This document shows, piece by piece, positions 28,942-40,150 of a stretch of 64,000 nucleotides of DNA. The notes under the pieces were generated by a model. It worked only from the letters and a program-made list of their open reading frames with translations. It was not told where the DNA came from and ran no database searches. Both the position numbers and the translations under genes were made by a program. Numbering within the stretch: position 1 is the first letter of the stretch; each line of letters opens with the position of its first letter. Source of the DNA: Planctomycetota bacterium (lineage in GTDB: Bacteria; Planctomycetota; B15-G4); NCBI GenBank assembly GCA_038212275.1, contig JBBQUR010000018.1:1-64000 (forward strand). Direction: 5' to 3'.

Positions 28942-29909
28942 CGGCTGTCGGCCTGATCTCCGACGGACTCGGCCGCTGACTCGGGCGCTGACTCGGGTTG
29001 CACCGGCTCGGCAGGAGCGACTTCACCGGCGGGCTCCGGCACCAGCGGCACGGGCGCTGCGGGCTCGGGTGCCAGGGGCGCAGGGGCCGGCGGAGGGGCA
29101 GGCGGCTGCTTGGCGGCCGGCAGCGGCACGTCGCGCGGCTCGTTGAACGTGGTTTCCTCGATGTCGTCACCCGCCGGATCGAAGCCGACGATGCCTGCAA
29201 GGAAATCCCCGAACTCCAGCGGCCGTACGCCGATGCGCAAGCCCACGATGCCGAGGAAGAGGTCGGCCTCGAAGAGGTCCCAGGCGCGGGGCAAGTCGGG
29301 CCCGTCGCGCGTCGCTTCCCAGAGCGTGGCGACCTCGGGCGTGCCCAGCTTGTTGAGCGGCTCCTCGTCGCCCTGTTCGAGCCGCAGGTCACGCCAGTTG
29401 ATGGCTCGCCTGTACTCAGGCACCACGAAGGCGCCTCCTGACTCGCGCGCCACGGGCGGGCTGCGGCCCCAGCGGCGCAGCACCGGCTCCCAGTGCGCGC
29501 TGGAGTAGCCCTCGCCTCCCGGGCCGTCCTTCATGACCTGCCAGCGGTACATGATCGGGACGCCGTCACCCGTCGGCCGATCGTCGTTGGCGCCATAGGG
29601 GCGCGGCGGCACAGATCCGAGATCGTCCAGCCACAGCGTCCACGGGAAGGCGGTCTGGTATTCGTGCCAGACGCCGTAGAAGGTGCGGTCCTCGTAGCCG
29701 AAGCGGCCGGATACGACGGGAGACAGGCCGAGTCCAAGATTGAAGAGCGGCGTGGCCTTCACCGACGCGCTGAGGCCGTAGCCCCAGGCCAGGCTGACGG
29801 GAAGCACGTCCGCTGCGTCGGCCGCACGCGAACGCCCATACGCCGGCCAGCTGGCGCACCCGGCGCTCAGCAGCATGAGGCCGGCGGCGAGCGCGGCCGG
29901 AAGGCGCAT
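28938..29909 (-). CDS. Hypothetical lipoprotein with Pro/Ala/Glu-rich tail
   Basis: MRLPAALAAGLMLLSAGC lipobox; TGATG overlap with the rplQ stop; aromatic-rich core ending EFGDFLAGIVGFDPAGDD. Confidence 0.8.
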   Translation of the reverse strand: MRLPAALAAGLMLLSAGCASWPAYGRSRAADAADVLPVSLAWGYGLSASVKATPLFNLGLGLSPVVSGRFGYEDRTFYGVWHEYQTAFPWTLWLDDLGSVPPRPYGANDDRPTGDGVPIMYRWQVMKDGPGGEGYSSAHWEPVLRRWGRSPPVARESGGAFVVPEYRRAINWRDLRLEQGDEEPLNKLGTPEVATLWEATRDGPDLPRAWDLFEADLFLGIVGLRIGVRPLEFGDFLAGIVGFDPAGDDIEETTFNEPRDVPLPAAKQPPAPPPAPAPLAPEPAAPVPLVPEPAGEVAPAEPVQPESAPESAAESVGDQADSR

Positions 29910-30361
29910 CAGTCGGCGTCCGACTCCGACGCCTTGCCCTTGGCCTTGGTCTTGCCGCCCTTGGCCGTCTTGTCGTCGGTCGAAACCGCCCTCGGCTTCG
30001 GAACGTGGTTCACGAGTTCGAGCATCGCACGGCTTCCCTTGTCACCGAGCCGCGGCACCGGCAGCTTCACGATGCGGGTGTAGCCGCCGTTGCGCTCCGC
30101 GAAGGACGGACCGATCTCGTTGAAGAGCCGGTGCACCGCGGCCTTGTCGCCGAGCACGGCGACCGCCTGGCGGATGTGCGCCAGCGTCTTGTGCTTGCCC
30201 AGCGTGATGAGCTTCTCGGCGATGGGCCGGTACTCCTTCGCCTTGGGCTCGGTCGTCACGACGCGACCGTGCGTGAAGAGCGCGGTGACGAGGTTCTTGG
30301 TGAGAGCACGACGATGGGCCGTGGTGCGGCCGAGGCGTCGTCCCTTGATGCGATGGTTCAT
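29909..30361 (-). CDS. rplQ: 50S ribosomal protein L17
   Basis: MNHR...RRLGRTTAHR, TTEPKAKE, RNGGYTRI. Confidence 0.97.
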   Translation of the reverse strand: MNHRIKGRRLGRTTAHRRALTKNLVTALFTHGRVVTTEPKAKEYRPIAEKLITLGKHKTLAHIRQAVAVLGDKAAVHRLFNEIGPSFAERNGGYTRIVKLPVPRLGDKGSRAMLELVNHVPKPRAVSTDDKTAKGGKTKAKGKASESDAD

Positions 30362-30394
30362 GTCGTTCCTCTTCCCGTGCTCGGGACGTCGGGG

Positions 30395-31408
30395 TCAGCC
30401 GTCGGTGCCGGACAGCTCGGGGGACAGGCTCATGCCGAGCGACAGGTTCATGCTGGCAAGCTTCTTCTTGATCTCGGTCAGGGACGTCTTGCCGAAGTTC
30501 CGCACCTTGAGCAGCTCGGCCTCCGTGCGGACCACGAGGTCCCCCACGGTGCGCACGTTCTCGCTGTCCAGGCAGTGGCGACTGCGGACGGAGAGGTCGA
30601 GGTCGTCGATCGGCGTCGCGAGCACGCCCTTGATGCGGCTCACGTCGCTGGCGCTGCCGGAGAGCGCCACGGGCCGCGCCTCGTCGGCGGGCACCGACTT
30701 GTCCATGTCGTAATAGTGCACGAAGGCGTTGAGGTGCTTGCGGTAAATGCGCGAAGCCTCGACCAGCGCGTCCTCGGGCGACACGGTGCCGTCGCTCCAG
30801 ATCTCGAGGATCAGGCGGTCGTAGTTCGTGATCTTGCCGACGCGAGTCTCCTCGATGCGGTAGCGCACGCGGGTGACCGGCGAAAAGTTGCTGTCGATGG
30901 CGATCACGCCGATGACCTTCTCGTCGGACTCGTGATCTTCGGCGGTCACGTAGCCGCGGCCGCGGCCGACAGTGATGGTCATGCTCACGTCGACGTCGTC
31001 GGTCAGCGTGCAGAGCACGTGATCCGGGTTGAGGATGCGCACGCCGCTCGAAGGCTCGATGTCGCCCGACTTGATCTGCCCCTTCTTGCCACGGCGGACG
31101 TGAAGCTCGGCGGAATCCGCCTGCTCGAGTTCGACCAGCACGCTCTTCAGGTTCAGGATGATGTCGGTGACGTCCTCGAGGACGCCCTTCACCGTGCTGA
31201 ACTCGTGCTGCACGCCCTCGATCTTCACCGACGTGACGGCGGTGCCCTCGATGGACGAGAGCAGCACGCGGCGCAGGCCGTTGCCGATCGTGTGACCGAA
31301 ACCCTTCTCGAAGGGCTCGATCGTGAAACGGGCATAGGTCTCCGACAGCGTCTCGTGATCGACCGAGACCGTGGACGGAAGTTCGAAGTTGCGCCAGCGA
31401 ATTCGCAT
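30395..31408 (-). CDS. rpoA: RNA polymerase alpha subunit
   Basis: [39 protein letters not shown]. Confidence 0.98.
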   Translation of the reverse strand: MRIRWRNFELPSTVSVDHETLSETYARFTIEPFEKGFGHTIGNGLRRVLLSSIEGTAVTSVKIEGVQHEFSTVKGVLEDVTDIILNLKSVLVELEQADSAELHVRRGKKGQIKSGDIEPSSGVRILNPDHVLCTLTDDVDVSMTITVGRGRGYVTAEDHESDEKVIGVIAIDSNFSPVTRVRYRIEETRVGKITNYDRLILEIWSDGTVSPEDALVEASRIYRKHLNAFVHYYDMDKSVPADEARPVALSGSASDVSRIKGVLATPIDDLDLSVRSRHCLDSENVRTVGDLVVRTEAELLKVRNFGKTSLTEIKKKLASMNLSLGMSLSPELSGTDG

Positions 31409-31487
31409 GTTGTCTCCTGCTCGTGCTGCGCCCCACGGGGGGCGCGCGTGCCTTGCGGCACTGTTGCGTTGTCGTCCGGGGACGGGC

Positions 31488-32117
31488 TTACTTGGACATG
31501 AGCTCGACGATGAGCTGCTCGCGCACGTCGAAGCTGACGTCGGAGCGGGTCGGCGTCGTGGTGACGCGCCCCTCCAGCGCCACGCCGTCGCGCTCGAGCC
31601 AGCCTGCCATCGGGAAGCTGCTGCGCTGCTCGAGGCTCTCCTTGGCCACCTTGCGCACGCCCTCCCGGGTCGTCGTCAGCGACACGCGGTCACCCGCGCG
31701 AAGCAGCGCCGACGGGATCGTGCAGCGGCGACCGTTCACCGACACGTTGCCGTGCGCGATGAGCTGGCGCCCGCCCTTGCGGCTGGACGCGAAGCCCAGC
31801 GAGAAGACCACGTTGTCGAGACGCCGCTCGAGCAGCACCAGCAGGTTCTCGCCGGTGTTGCCCTTCATGCGCGTCGCGGCTTCGTAGTAGTTGCTGAACT
31901 GCCGCTCGGGCACGCCGTAGTAGCGCTTCAGCTTCTGCTTCTCGCGCAGCTGAGACCGATACTCGGAGTGCCGCGCGCGCGCCCAGGGATGGGCGCCCGG
32001 CGGGAAGTTGCGCTTCGTGATCGCGCACTTGCTGGTTTCGCAACGCGTGGCCTTCAGGAAGAGCTTCACGCCTTCCCGGCGGCACAACTTGCAGACGTTT
32101 GTCTTTGGAGCTGTCAT
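31488..32117 (-). CDS. rpsD: 30S ribosomal protein S4
   Basis: [15 protein letters not shown]...[18 protein letters not shown]. Confidence 0.98.
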   Translation of the reverse strand: MTAPKTNVCKLCRREGVKLFLKATRCETSKCAITKRNFPPGAHPWARARHSEYRSQLREKQKLKRYYGVPERQFSNYYEAATRMKGNTGENLLVLLERRLDNVVFSLGFASSRKGGRQLIAHGNVSVNGRRCTIPSALLRAGDRVSLTTTREGVRKVAKESLEQRSSFPMAGWLERDGVALEGRVTTTPTRSDVSFDVREQLIVELMSK

Positions 32118-32132
32118 GTTTTCCTCGTGCGG

Positions 32133-32510
32133 TCAGACGCGACGCCGCTTGCGCGGGCGGCAGCCGTTGTGCGGAACCGGTGTGCGATCTTCGATGGCCT
32201 TCACCTTGAGACCCGTCTGGGCCAGGGCCCGGACGGCGGACTCGCGCCCGCTGCCAGGACCGCGGACGCGGACTTCCACGTCGCGCACGCCGAGCTTCAT
32301 CGCCTTCTGGGCGGCGCGCTCCGCGGCCTTCTGGGCGGCGAAGGGCGTGCTCTTCCGGCTGCCCTTGTAGCCGCTGCTCCCCGCACTGTCCCACACCAGG
32401 ACTTCCCCGTTGTGCGGGTCCGTGAAGGTGACGATGGTGTTGTTGAACGTCGCCTTGATGTTGACGACGGCGCGCGAAAGAACGCGTCGGATTTTCTTGG
32501 TGGCTGCCAT
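32133..32510 (-). CDS. rpsK: 30S ribosomal protein S11
   Basis: [31 protein letters not shown]. Confidence 0.98.
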   Translation of the reverse strand: MAATKKIRRVLSRAVVNIKATFNNTIVTFTDPHNGEVLVWDSAGSSGYKGSRKSTPFAAQKAAERAAQKAMKLGVRDVEVRVRGPGSGRESAVRALAQTGLKVKAIEDRTPVPHNGCRPRKRRRV

Positions 32511-32540
32511 GCTTTGCCTGCTGTTTTCCTGTGTGATCCG

Positions 32541-32924
32541 TTAGCCGAGCTGCTTGACCGACTTCTTGCCGGCCACCGTCTTGCGCGGACCCTTGCGGGT
32601 GCGTGCGTTGCTCTGCGTGTTCTGTCCGCGGACCGGCAGCCCCTTGCGGTGCCGCAGGCCGCGATAGCAGCCGATGTCCTTCAGGCGCTGAACATTCTGC
32701 GCGATCTGACGGCGCAGCGAGCCCTCGACGAGGAAGGTCTTCTCGAGCAGGGCGGCGATGTGCTGCACGTCCTCCTCGGTCAGGTCCTTCGCGCGGAGCG
32801 CCGGCTTGAAGTGAAGCTGCTCGCACACCTTCCTGGCCGTCGTGCTGCCGACGCCGTAGATGTACGTGAGCGCGATCTCGACGCGCTTGTTGTTCGGGAT
32901 GTCGACGCCAACGATGCGGGGCAT
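32541..32924 (-). CDS. rpsM: 30S ribosomal protein S13
   Basis: [33 protein letters not shown]. Confidence 0.98.
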   Translation of the reverse strand: MPRIVGVDIPNNKRVEIALTYIYGVGSTTARKVCEQLHFKPALRAKDLTEEDVQHIAALLEKTFLVEGSLRRQIAQNVQRLKDIGCYRGLRHRKGLPVRGQNTQSNARTRKGPRKTVAGKKSVKQLG

Positions 32925-32938
32925 GTTCCGGGAACTCC

Positions 32939-33055
32939 TCAGCGACCTTGGCGCTGCTTGTGACGCGGATCCGTGCAGACGACGCGCACCACACCGAAGC
33001 GGCGCACGATCTTGCACTTCTCGCAAATCCGTCTGACTGACGCTCTGACCTTCAT
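32939..33055 (-). CDS. rpmJ: 50S ribosomal protein L36 (38 aa, not in the ORF track)
   Basis: Manual translation [38 protein letters not shown]. Confidence 0.97.
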   Translation of the reverse strand: MKVRASVRRICEKCKIVRRFGVVRVVCTDPRHKQRQGR

Positions 33056-33077
33056 GTATTCCTTCCGTTCCGACGGC

Positions 33078-33293
33078 TCAGCCGCGGTAGACGATGCGGC
33101 CCTTGCTGAGGTCGTAGGGACTGACCTCGACCGTCACGGTGTCCCCTGGAAGGATGCGGATGTAGTGCATGCGCATCTTGCCCGAGACATGTGCCATGAG
33201 TTGATGACCATTTTCCAGTTTCACGCGAAAGACGGCGTTCGGCAACGCCTCGAGCACCTTTGCCGAAACCCTGAGCTGGGTCGCCCGTGCCAT
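33078..33293 (-). CDS. infA: Translation initiation factor IF-1
   Basis: [43 protein letters not shown]. Confidence 0.97.
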   Translation of the reverse strand: MARATQLRVSAKVLEALPNAVFRVKLENGHQLMAHVSGKMRMHYIRILPGDTVTVEVSPYDLSKGRIVYRG

Positions 33294-33294
33294 C

Positions 33295-33966
33295 TCAGTG
33301 ATGCCTCGCGGCGCCGGCGATGCCAGCCCCGAGGGCATTGACGATGTCCGCCCCTACCTGCTCCACGCTGCGCGTGCCGTCCACCGTGGTGAGCAGCCCG
33401 CGCGACTTGTAGTAGGCCTTGAGCGGTTCCGTCTGCTGATGATAGACACTGAGGCGCTCTGCTACCACACCGGCGGTGTCATCCGGGCGCTGACTCAACT
33501 CGCCGTGGCAGCCGTCGCAGCGTCCGGACTCCCGGCTCGGCACGAACTCCACATGGAAGTTCCGGCCGCAGCCCTTGCAGATCCGGCGTCCCGTGATCCT
33601 ACGGACCAGGTGGTCATCGGGGACATGAACGTCGATCACCTGTTCGAGGGGGTGCCCCGACGTCGCCAGGCGGCGGTCGAGTTCCTCGGCCTGAGCACGA
33701 TTGCGGGGAAATCCGTCGAGAACGAAGCCTCCCATCGCGCCGTGCAGGCGCTCGAAAAGAACACCGAATACCACATCGTCCGGGACGAGCTTGCCGGCCT
33801 CCATCACCGCGGCCGCCGCACGTCCGGCCGGGGTGCCAGCCTTCACGGCGGCCCTCAACAGGTCACCGGTGGACAGGTGCTCCAGACCTTGAGTCTCGGC
33901 AAGCCGCTTGGCCTGCGTTCCCTTGCCGGCACCCGGGGCACCCAGCAGCACGAGGCGACGCTTCAT
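33295..33966 (-). CDS. adk: Adenylate kinase (Zn-lid type)
   Basis: [31 protein letters not shown] lid, QRPDD. Confidence 0.97.
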   Translation of the reverse strand: MKRRLVLLGAPGAGKGTQAKRLAETQGLEHLSTGDLLRAAVKAGTPAGRAAAAVMEAGKLVPDDVVFGVLFERLHGAMGGFVLDGFPRNRAQAEELDRRLATSGHPLEQVIDVHVPDDHLVRRITGRRICKGCGRNFHVEFVPSRESGRCDGCHGELSQRPDDTAGVVAERLSVYHQQTEPLKAYYKSRGLLTTVDGTRSVEQVGADIVNALGAGIAGAARHH

Positions 33967-35312
33967 GCCGCGCCCCTTCCCCCGCCGCGTCGCGCCCAGC
34001 CGGCGCCCGCATCACCAAGGCCCTCGTAGCGGCGCATCACGAGCATCGAGTTGACCTTGTCGACGAGATCGAGAATCACGCCGACGACGATCAGGATGCT
34101 GGTGCCGCCGAGGAACATGGCCAGGCCAGGCGGCATGTTGGGGACGTAGCTCGACAGCACCTGCGGCAGGACTGCGATGACCACGAGGAAAGTCGCGCCC
34201 GCGAGGGTGACCTTGAACATCACCGACTCGAGGAACTCCGCGGTGCGTGCGCCCGGGCGCAGGCCCGGCACGAAGCCGCCGTATTCCTTGAGGTTGTCCG
34301 CGATCTCCTTCGGCTGGAACATCAGCGATGTCCAGAAGAACGAGAAGACGAAGACGAGTGCGGAATAGAAGAGCACGTACCAGAAGCCGCCCCAGGAGAA
34401 GGCGTTCTGGAAGTAGTGTTCGCCCAGCAGCCCGCCGAAGACCTTGTCGAGCACCGTGGGCACGATGAACAGGAACGACGCGAAGATGATGGGCATCACG
34501 CCGGCCTGATTCACCTTGAGCGGCAGGTAATGCCGCTGGCCGCCGTAAACCCGGCGGCCGCGCATCTGCTTGCCCTGCTGGATCGGGATGCGACGCTGGC
34601 CCTTGGTGACGTAGACGATGCCGATCACGATCAGCACGTAAAGCACCAGCAACCAGACGACCGACTGGATCCACGTCCCAGGTTCGGTCGAGTTCTGCAG
34701 CTGGGCCAGCATGGTGGGCATGCGCGCCACGATGCCTGCCATGATGATCAGCGAGATGCCGTTGCCGACGCCGTATTCCGTGATCTGCTCGCCGATCCAC
34801 ATCACGATGAGCGTGCCGGTGGTCACCGTGAGCACCACGCCGATCTGGTAATACCAGGCGTCGTACAACGAGACGTCGATCACGCCGGCCGTCGCCGCAT
34901 CACGCAGCGGGCCGAAGACCAGGAAGAGCGCCTGAATGATGCAGATCGGCACCGTCGCGTAACGCGTGTATCGATTGATGATCTTCTGGCCCGCCTGCCC
35001 TTCCTTGGACAGGGCCTCGAGCTGCGGAACGACCTTCACGAGCAGCGAGAAGATGATCGACGCACTGATGTAGGGCATCACGCCCAGCGTGAACAGGGTG
35101 CACGATCCGATCGCGCCGCCGGACAGTGCATTCATGATGCCGAACGCGAATCCGCCCGTGACCTGGCTCTGGTAACGCTCGAGCACCGCATAGTTCACGC
35201 CCGGCAGCGGCACGTGGAAGCCGATGCGGTACGCGAGCAGGAACGCGAGCGTCACGAAGATCTTCTTTCTGATCTCCGGAACACGGAAGAGGTTGGTGAA
35301 CCCCGAACTCAT
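33963..35312 (-). CDS. secY: Preprotein translocase SecY
   Basis: LGVMPYISASI, WIGEQITEYGVGNGISL, AGVMPIIFAS, PGLRPG, GGTSILIVVGV. Confidence 0.98.
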   Translation of the reverse strand: MSSGFTNLFRVPEIRKKIFVTLAFLLAYRIGFHVPLPGVNYAVLERYQSQVTGGFAFGIMNALSGGAIGSCTLFTLGVMPYISASIIFSLLVKVVPQLEALSKEGQAGQKIINRYTRYATVPICIIQALFLVFGPLRDAATAGVIDVSLYDAWYYQIGVVLTVTTGTLIVMWIGEQITEYGVGNGISLIIMAGIVARMPTMLAQLQNSTEPGTWIQSVVWLLVLYVLIVIGIVYVTKGQRRIPIQQGKQMRGRRVYGGQRHYLPLKVNQAGVMPIIFASFLFIVPTVLDKVFGGLLGEHYFQNAFSWGGFWYVLFYSALVFVFSFFWTSLMFQPKEIADNLKEYGGFVPGLRPGARTAEFLESVMFKVTLAGATFLVVIAVLPQVLSSYVPNMPPGLAMFLGGTSILIVVGVILDLVDKVNSMLVMRRYEGLGDAGAGWARRGGGRGAA

Positions 35313-35758
35313 GCGCTCGTCTCGACGCTCCCGCCGGCGGCTTCGATCTTGGTGCGCGCCGTGGCAGACACGCGATCGGCCTTGACCTGCAGCGCGACGC
35401 CGATGTCGCCCTTGCCGAGGATCTTCAGCAGGGTCGCGTTCTTCTTCACGAGGTGCGCGTCCTTGATGCGTGCGAGGTCGATGCCGCCGCCCTGCGGGAA
35501 AGCGGCTGCGAGGTCCTTCACGTTCACGATCGAGTAGGTGACCTTGAACACGGCGTTCGTGAAGCCGCGCTTGGGCGTGCGGCGATAGATGGGCATCTGG
35601 CCGCCCTCGTGTCCGAGGCCGCCACCCACGCCTGAGCGACTGCCCTGGCCGTTCATGCCGCGTCCGGAGGTCTTGCCGCGGCCGCTGCCGATGCCGCGTC
35701 CGACGCGGCGCGGCTTGCGCAGTGCGGATCCGGCTGAGTTGACGTCGTTCAGATTCAT
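35309..35758 (-). CDS. rplO: 50S ribosomal protein L15
   Basis: [31 protein letters not shown]. Confidence 0.97.
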   Translation of the reverse strand: MNLNDVNSAGSALRKPRRVGRGIGSGRGKTSGRGMNGQGSRSGVGGGLGHEGGQMPIYRRTPKRGFTNAVFKVTYSIVNVKDLAAAFPQGGGIDLARIKDAHLVKKNATLLKILGKGDIGVALQVKADRVSATARTKIEAAGGSVETSA

Positions 35759-36258
35759 GCGAGCGGCACTCCGCGAAGTTCTTCCGTGAGCTTCCGGCTG
35801 CGCACGCTTTGCAGACCGCTGAGGGTCGCCTTGACGAGGTTCACCGGATTGCTGCTGCCCTGGCTCTTGGTGAGGATGTCGCGAACGCCTGCCAGTTCGA
35901 GCACCGAGCGGACGGTGGCGCCGGCAATGATGCCGGTGCCAGGCGCGGCCGGGAGGATGCGGACCTGCGCCGCACCGAACCGCCCCGTGACGGCGTGCTC
36001 GATCGTGCCGCGCTTCAGCGTGACGTTGACGAGGTTCTTGTGGGCGTCCTTGACGGCCTTGTCCACGGCGGACGGGACTTCCTTCGCCTTGCCGAAGCCG
36101 ATGCCGACCTTGCCATGGCGGTCGCCCACCACGACGAGCGCGGAGAACGAGAAGCGCCGGCCGCCCTTGACGACCTTGGCGCAGCGGTTGACCTTGACCA
36201 CGGCCTCCTCGAGGAGTCCGCCGGCCTGGCCCATGTTGTCATTGTCGTTTTCGGCCAT
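35755..36258 (-). CDS. rpsE: 30S ribosomal protein S5
   Basis: [34 protein letters not shown]. Confidence 0.98.
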   Translation of the reverse strand: MAENDNDNMGQAGGLLEEAVVKVNRCAKVVKGGRRFSFSALVVVGDRHGKVGIGFGKAKEVPSAVDKAVKDAHKNLVNVTLKRGTIEHAVTGRFGAAQVRILPAAPGTGIIAGATVRSVLELAGVRDILTKSQGSSNPVNLVKATLSGLQSVRSRKLTEELRGVPLA

Positions 36259-36264
36259 GTTTCC

Positions 36265-36633
36265 TCAGAAGTCCAGCCCGCCGGAGCGGGCGCCATCGGC
36301 AAGGGCCTTGATGCGGCCGTGATAGGGATACCAGCCGCGATCGAAGACCGCGGCCTTCACGCCCTTTTCGAGCAGGCGGCGCGCGATGTCCTCGCCCACG
36401 GCCTTTGCGGCCTGGACCTTGGTGCCCTCGAGCTTTTCGCTCAGCGTCGGGTCCAGCGTGGAGGAGGCGGCGAGCGTGATCCCGTGCAGGTCGTCGATGG
36501 CCTGCACGTAGATCTGCTTGCTCGAACGGTGCACCGTGAGGCGCGGACGCTCGGCGGTACCGCGCACGCGGCGGCGAACGGAGCCAGCCTTGCGGGCGCG
36601 ACGGAGAGTGCGAAGTCGGACAGCGCGTTCCAT
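36265..36633 (-). CDS. rplR: 50S ribosomal protein L18
   Basis: [24 protein letters not shown]. Confidence 0.97.
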   Translation of the reverse strand: MERAVRLRTLRRARKAGSVRRRVRGTAERPRLTVHRSSKQIYVQAIDDLHGITLAASSTLDPTLSEKLEGTKVQAAKAVGEDIARRLLEKGVKAAVFDRGWYPYHGRIKALADGARSGGLDF

Positions 36634-36635
36634 GA

Positions 36636-37181
36636 TCAGGCTCCGAGGCTCTTGCCGACCTTGCGACGGACGAATTCGCCGTCGTAACGGATACCCTTGC
36701 CCTTGTAGGGCTCGGGCTTGCGCGTCTCGCGGATCTCGGCGGCGAACTGCCCGACGAGCTGCTTGCTGGCGCCCTTGATGATGAGGAAGGTCGGCTGCGA
36801 GGCTTCCACCGACAGGCCGACCGGAATCGGCAGCTTGACGGGCTTGTTGAAGCCGACGTTCAGGACGAGCGTCTTGCCCTCGACCTTCGCGTTGTAGCCA
36901 ACGCCCTGGATCTCAAGCTTCTTCACGAAGCCCTTCTCGACGCCCTCGACCATGCCCGCAGCGAGCGAGCGGAACAGTCCGTGCAAGGCGCGCTCGCGGC
37001 GGCCCTCCGTCACGCGCTCGAAACGCATGACGCGGCCCTTCTCCTCGACCAGCACGCGAATGCACGGATCGATGACCTGCGTCAGCGAGGCCTTGCTCGT
37101 CTCGACCTTCAGCGTATGGCCAGAGACGGACACCTTCGTGCCGTCAGCCCACATCACCGGTTGTTTGCCTACTCTGGACAT
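36636..37181 (-). CDS. rplF: 50S ribosomal protein L6
   Basis: [21 protein letters not shown]. Confidence 0.97.
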   Translation of the reverse strand: MSRVGKQPVMWADGTKVSVSGHTLKVETSKASLTQVIDPCIRVLVEEKGRVMRFERVTEGRRERALHGLFRSLAAGMVEGVEKGFVKKLEIQGVGYNAKVEGKTLVLNVGFNKPVKLPIPVGLSVEASQPTFLIIKGASKQLVGQFAAEIRETRKPEPYKGKGIRYDGEFVRRKVGKSLGA

Positions 37182-37208
37182 GTCGTTCCTGCTTCCCTCG
37201 TGAGCCGC

Positions 37209-37607
37209 TTACCAGATGGTCGCGAGACGCTCGCCACCCACGTTGCGGGCGCGGCATTCGCGGTCCGAAAGGACACCGGCCGGAGTGGTGTAGATGGAGA
37301 TGCCGATGCCGTTCAGCACGCGCCGGGCCTCCTGTGCGCCCGTGTACAGGCGTCGGCCCGGCTTGCTGTCACGCCGGATCTCGTTGATGAGCATCTCGCC
37401 GTCCGGCCCGTACTTCAGATTCAGCGTGAGCCGGCCCTGCTGGCCGTCGGCCTCGACGCGGAAATCGTTGATGTAGCCCTCGCGCTTGAGGACCTCGGCG
37501 ATGCCGCGCTTGATGCGCGAGGCAGGCATGGAGACCTCGGCGCGACGCACGCGCAGCGCGTTGCGCACGCGAGTCAGCATGTCGGCGATGGGATCGGTCA
37601 TGGTCAT
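37209..37607 (-). CDS. rpsH: 30S ribosomal protein S8
   Basis: MTDPIADMLTRVRNA, SKPGRRLY, VGGE. Confidence 0.97.
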   Translation of the reverse strand: MTMTDPIADMLTRVRNALRVRRAEVSMPASRIKRGIAEVLKREGYINDFRVEADGQQGRLTLNLKYGPDGEMLINEIRRDSKPGRRLYTGAQEARRVLNGIGISIYTTPAGVLSDRECRARNVGGERLATIW

Positions 37608-37641
37608 GATTGCATCGTCCTCGTGTTCGGCTCGGCCCTGA

Positions 37642-37827
37642 TCACCAGCTCGCCTTGCGCACGCCCGGGATCTCGCCGGCGAGCGCCAGCGTCCTGAAGC
37701 AGATGCGGCAGATGCCGAACTTGCGATAGAAACCGTGCGAGCGGCCGCAGAGCGAGCAGCGCGAATGGCCGCGCGTGCTGAACTTCGGCTTCATCTTGGT
37801 CTTGGCGATCCAGCTGGCTTTACCCAC
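37642..37827 (-). CDS. rpsN: 30S ribosomal protein S14, type Z (zinc-binding, 61 aa)
   Basis: [24 protein letters not shown]. Confidence 0.96.
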   Translation of the reverse strand: MGKASWIAKTKMKPKFSTRGHSRCSLCGRSHGFYRKFGICRICFRTLALAGEIPGVRKASW

Positions 37828-37875
37828 GGCTGTTCAGTCCTTGTGCGGTTGCGTTCGGGGAAATCGAGGCGGGCA

Positions 37876-38499
37876 TCAGCCGCGCCGCGGATCGTTCTTG
37901 TCCGCGTCGACCTTGCGGAACGGCATGCCGAGGCGCTCGAGCAAGTCGAGGGCCGCTTCGTCGGTCCCGGCATTGGTCACGATGGTGATGTTCATGCCCT
38001 GGAAGTGCTTGATCTTGTCCAGGTCGATCTCGGGGAAGACCGTCTGATCCGGGAGGCCCATGCTGAAGTTGCCGCGACCGTCGAAACCGCCGCGCTTGAG
38101 GCCGCGGAAGTCCTTGATGCGCGGGATCACGATGGCCACGAGGCGGTCGAGGAATTCCCACATGCGGGCGCCGCGCAGGGTGACCATGCACCCGATGGGC
38201 ATGTCCTCGCGGATCTTGAAGTTGGAGATGGCCTTCTTCGCCTTGCGGATCGAGGCTTTCTGGCCCGTGATCATCGTGAGATCGCCGGCAGCCGCATCGA
38301 TGAGCGCCTTGTTCTCGCGGGCAGCTCCGACACCCATGTTGATGACGATCTTGCGGATGCGCGGCGCGGCGTTCACGTTGTCGATGCCGCGGGCCTGCAT
38401 GATCTCCCGGGAGATCGTGCTGCCGTAGGTCTCCATGAGACGCGGCTTGCCGACCGGTGCGGCGGCTTCTGCGGACGTGCTGGCTTGCTTGGGACTCAT
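37876..38499 (-). CDS. rplE: 50S ribosomal protein L5
   Basis: KIVINMGVG, FKIRE, VTLRG, PRIKDFRG, FDGRGN. Confidence 0.97.
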   Translation of the reverse strand: MSPKQASTSAEAAAPVGKPRLMETYGSTISREIMQARGIDNVNAAPRIRKIVINMGVGAARENKALIDAAAGDLTMITGQKASIRKAKKAISNFKIREDMPIGCMVTLRGARMWEFLDRLVAIVIPRIKDFRGLKRGGFDGRGNFSMGLPDQTVFPEIDLDKIKHFQGMNITIVTNAGTDEAALDLLERLGMPFRKVDADKNDPRRG

Positions 38500-38507
38500 G
38501 CTCTCTT

Positions 38508-38822
38508 TCAGGCCTCCACCGGCTTGCCAGTCGGACGCATGACACGCACGGTCTTGCCGTTGGCGACGGTGGCGCCGAGGCGCACACCCTTGCCGCTTGC
38601 CGCGTCCAGGAAGGCGATGTTGGAGATGTTCAGCGGGTACTCGCGCTGGATGCGTCCGCCCTGCGGGTGCTCCTGGCTCTTGCGGACGTGCTTCCACTTC
38701 ATGTTCACGCCTTCGACCACGGCCATGCCGTGCTTCCGGTCGAGCTTGAGGAGACGCCCGGTCTTCCCGCGGTCGCTGCCCGTGAGCACGATGACCATGT
38801 CCTTCTGCTTCAAGCGGCTCAT
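38508..38822 (-). CDS. rplX: 50S ribosomal protein L24
   Basis: KOW motif G.DRGKTG, VEGVN, ISNI. Confidence 0.95.
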   Translation of the reverse strand: MSRLKQKDMVIVLTGSDRGKTGRLLKLDRKHGMAVVEGVNMKWKHVRKSQEHPQGGRIQREYPLNISNIAFLDAASGKGVRLGATVANGKTVRVMRPTGKPVEA

Positions 38823-39190
38823 CACACCACCTCGCTGGCCAGGCTGATGATCTTCATGAAGTTCTTGTTGCGCAGCTCGCGGGCCACTGCGCCAAAGATT
38901 CGCGTGCCGACCGGGTTGCCTTCCTTGTCGATGATGACCAGCGCGTTGCGATCGAAGCGCACGCGGCTGCCGTCACGACGCCGGATGTCCTTGCGGGTGC
39001 GCACGATGACCGCGCGCACGACCGAGCCCTTCTTCACCGTGGCGGTCGGGATGGACTTCTTGACCGAGCCGATCACCACGTCGCCCACGGAGGCGTAGCG
39101 GCGCTTGGTGCCGCCCAGCACCTTGAAACACATCACGGTCTTGGCGCCCGTGTTGTCGGCCACGTCGAGAATGGTCTGTTGCTGGATCAA
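38822..39190 (-). CDS. rplN: 50S ribosomal protein L14 (TTG start)
   Basis: [27 protein letters not shown]. Confidence 0.98.
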   Translation of the reverse strand: MIQQQTILDVADNTGAKTVMCFKVLGGTKRRYASVGDVVIGSVKKSIPTATVKKGSVVRAVIVRTRKDIRRRDGSRVRFDRNALVIIDKEGNPVGTRIFGAVARELRNKNFMKIISLASEVV

Positions 39191-39516
39191 GCGTCACCTC
39201 GTGCTTCCGATGCATGCGCGGCCGTACCTGCCGACTTCACGGCGACGGTGACGATGCGCTCGAGACGCCAGCGCTTGGTCTTGGACAACGGGCGGCCGAA
39301 GACCACCTCCACGCTGTCCCCCACCCGGGCCTCGTTCTTCTCGTCGTGCGCCACGAGCGTGGTGTGGCGCTTGACGTACTTCTTGTAGACGGGATGCAGG
39401 ACCTTGCGATCGACGCGGACCACGATGGACTTGTCCATCTTGTCGCTCTTGACCGTGCCGATGCGGCGCACCGCCTTGCGTGACTTCTCGGATGACATGC
39501 TGGCCTCGTTGGTCAT
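39187..39516 (-). CDS. rpsQ: 30S ribosomal protein S17
   Basis: [29 protein letters not shown]. Confidence 0.97.
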   Translation of the reverse strand: MTNEASMSSEKSRKAVRRIGTVKSDKMDKSIVVRVDRKVLHPVYKKYVKRHTTLVAHDEKNEARVGDSVEVVFGRPLSKTKRWRLERIVTVAVKSAGTAAHASEARGDA

Positions 39517-39740
39517 GACCGCGACTTGGCTCCGCGAATGGCAAGCTCGCGTTCCCGCAGCAACGTGCGGATGCGCGCGACCTCGCGCCTGATGGCACGG
39601 ATGCGGCTCGGCTGGGCGAGCCCCTCCGAACTGGACTTGAAACGGAGGTCGAACAGCTCGCGCTCGAGCGTGGCGATGTCGAAGCGAAGCTCGGTGTCTT
39701 CCTTCTCGCGCAGTTCTTTCAGATTGCCGACCTTCTTCAT
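39513..39740 (-). CDS. rpmC: 50S ribosomal protein L29
   Basis: [16 protein letters not shown]; position between rplP and rpsQ. Confidence 0.93.
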   Translation of the reverse strand: MKKVGNLKELREKEDTELRFDIATLERELFDLRFKSSSEGLAQPSRIRAIRREVARIRTLLRERELAIRGAKSRS

Positions 39741-40150
39741 CGTGTCCTCCGGCGCAGCATGCGGACCCGCAGCGGCAGCTTGTGCGCCACGCGGTTGAGC
39801 GCAAGCTTGGCGACCTCGGCAGTGACGCCGCTCACCTCGAACAGGACGGTGCCCGGCTTGATCACCGCGACGTGGTATTCGGGCTCGCCCTTGCCCTTGC
39901 CCATGCGGGTCTCGGCGGGGATCGACGTGACCGGCTTGTGCGGGAACACGCGGCACGTGATACGGGCGCCGACCGCGGCGCGCGTGGCAGCCACGCGGCA
40001 GGCCTCGAGCACGCGCGCGGAAAGCCAGCCGGCCTCCATCGACTGCAGCCCGAACTCGCCGAACTCGACCGTGTGGCCGCGGGTCGCGAACCCGCGGATC
40101 GAGCCCTTGTGCACCTTGCGGTGCTTCTCGCGCTTTGGCATCGCCTTCAT
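39737..40150 (-). CDS. rplP: 50S ribosomal protein L16
   Basis: [26 protein letters not shown]. Confidence 0.97.
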   Translation of the reverse strand: MKAMPKREKHRKVHKGSIRGFATRGHTVEFGEFGLQSMEAGWLSARVLEACRVAATRAAVGARITCRVFPHKPVTSIPAETRMGKGKGEPEYHVAVIKPGTVLFEVSGVTAEVAKLALNRVAHKLPLRVRMLRRRTR

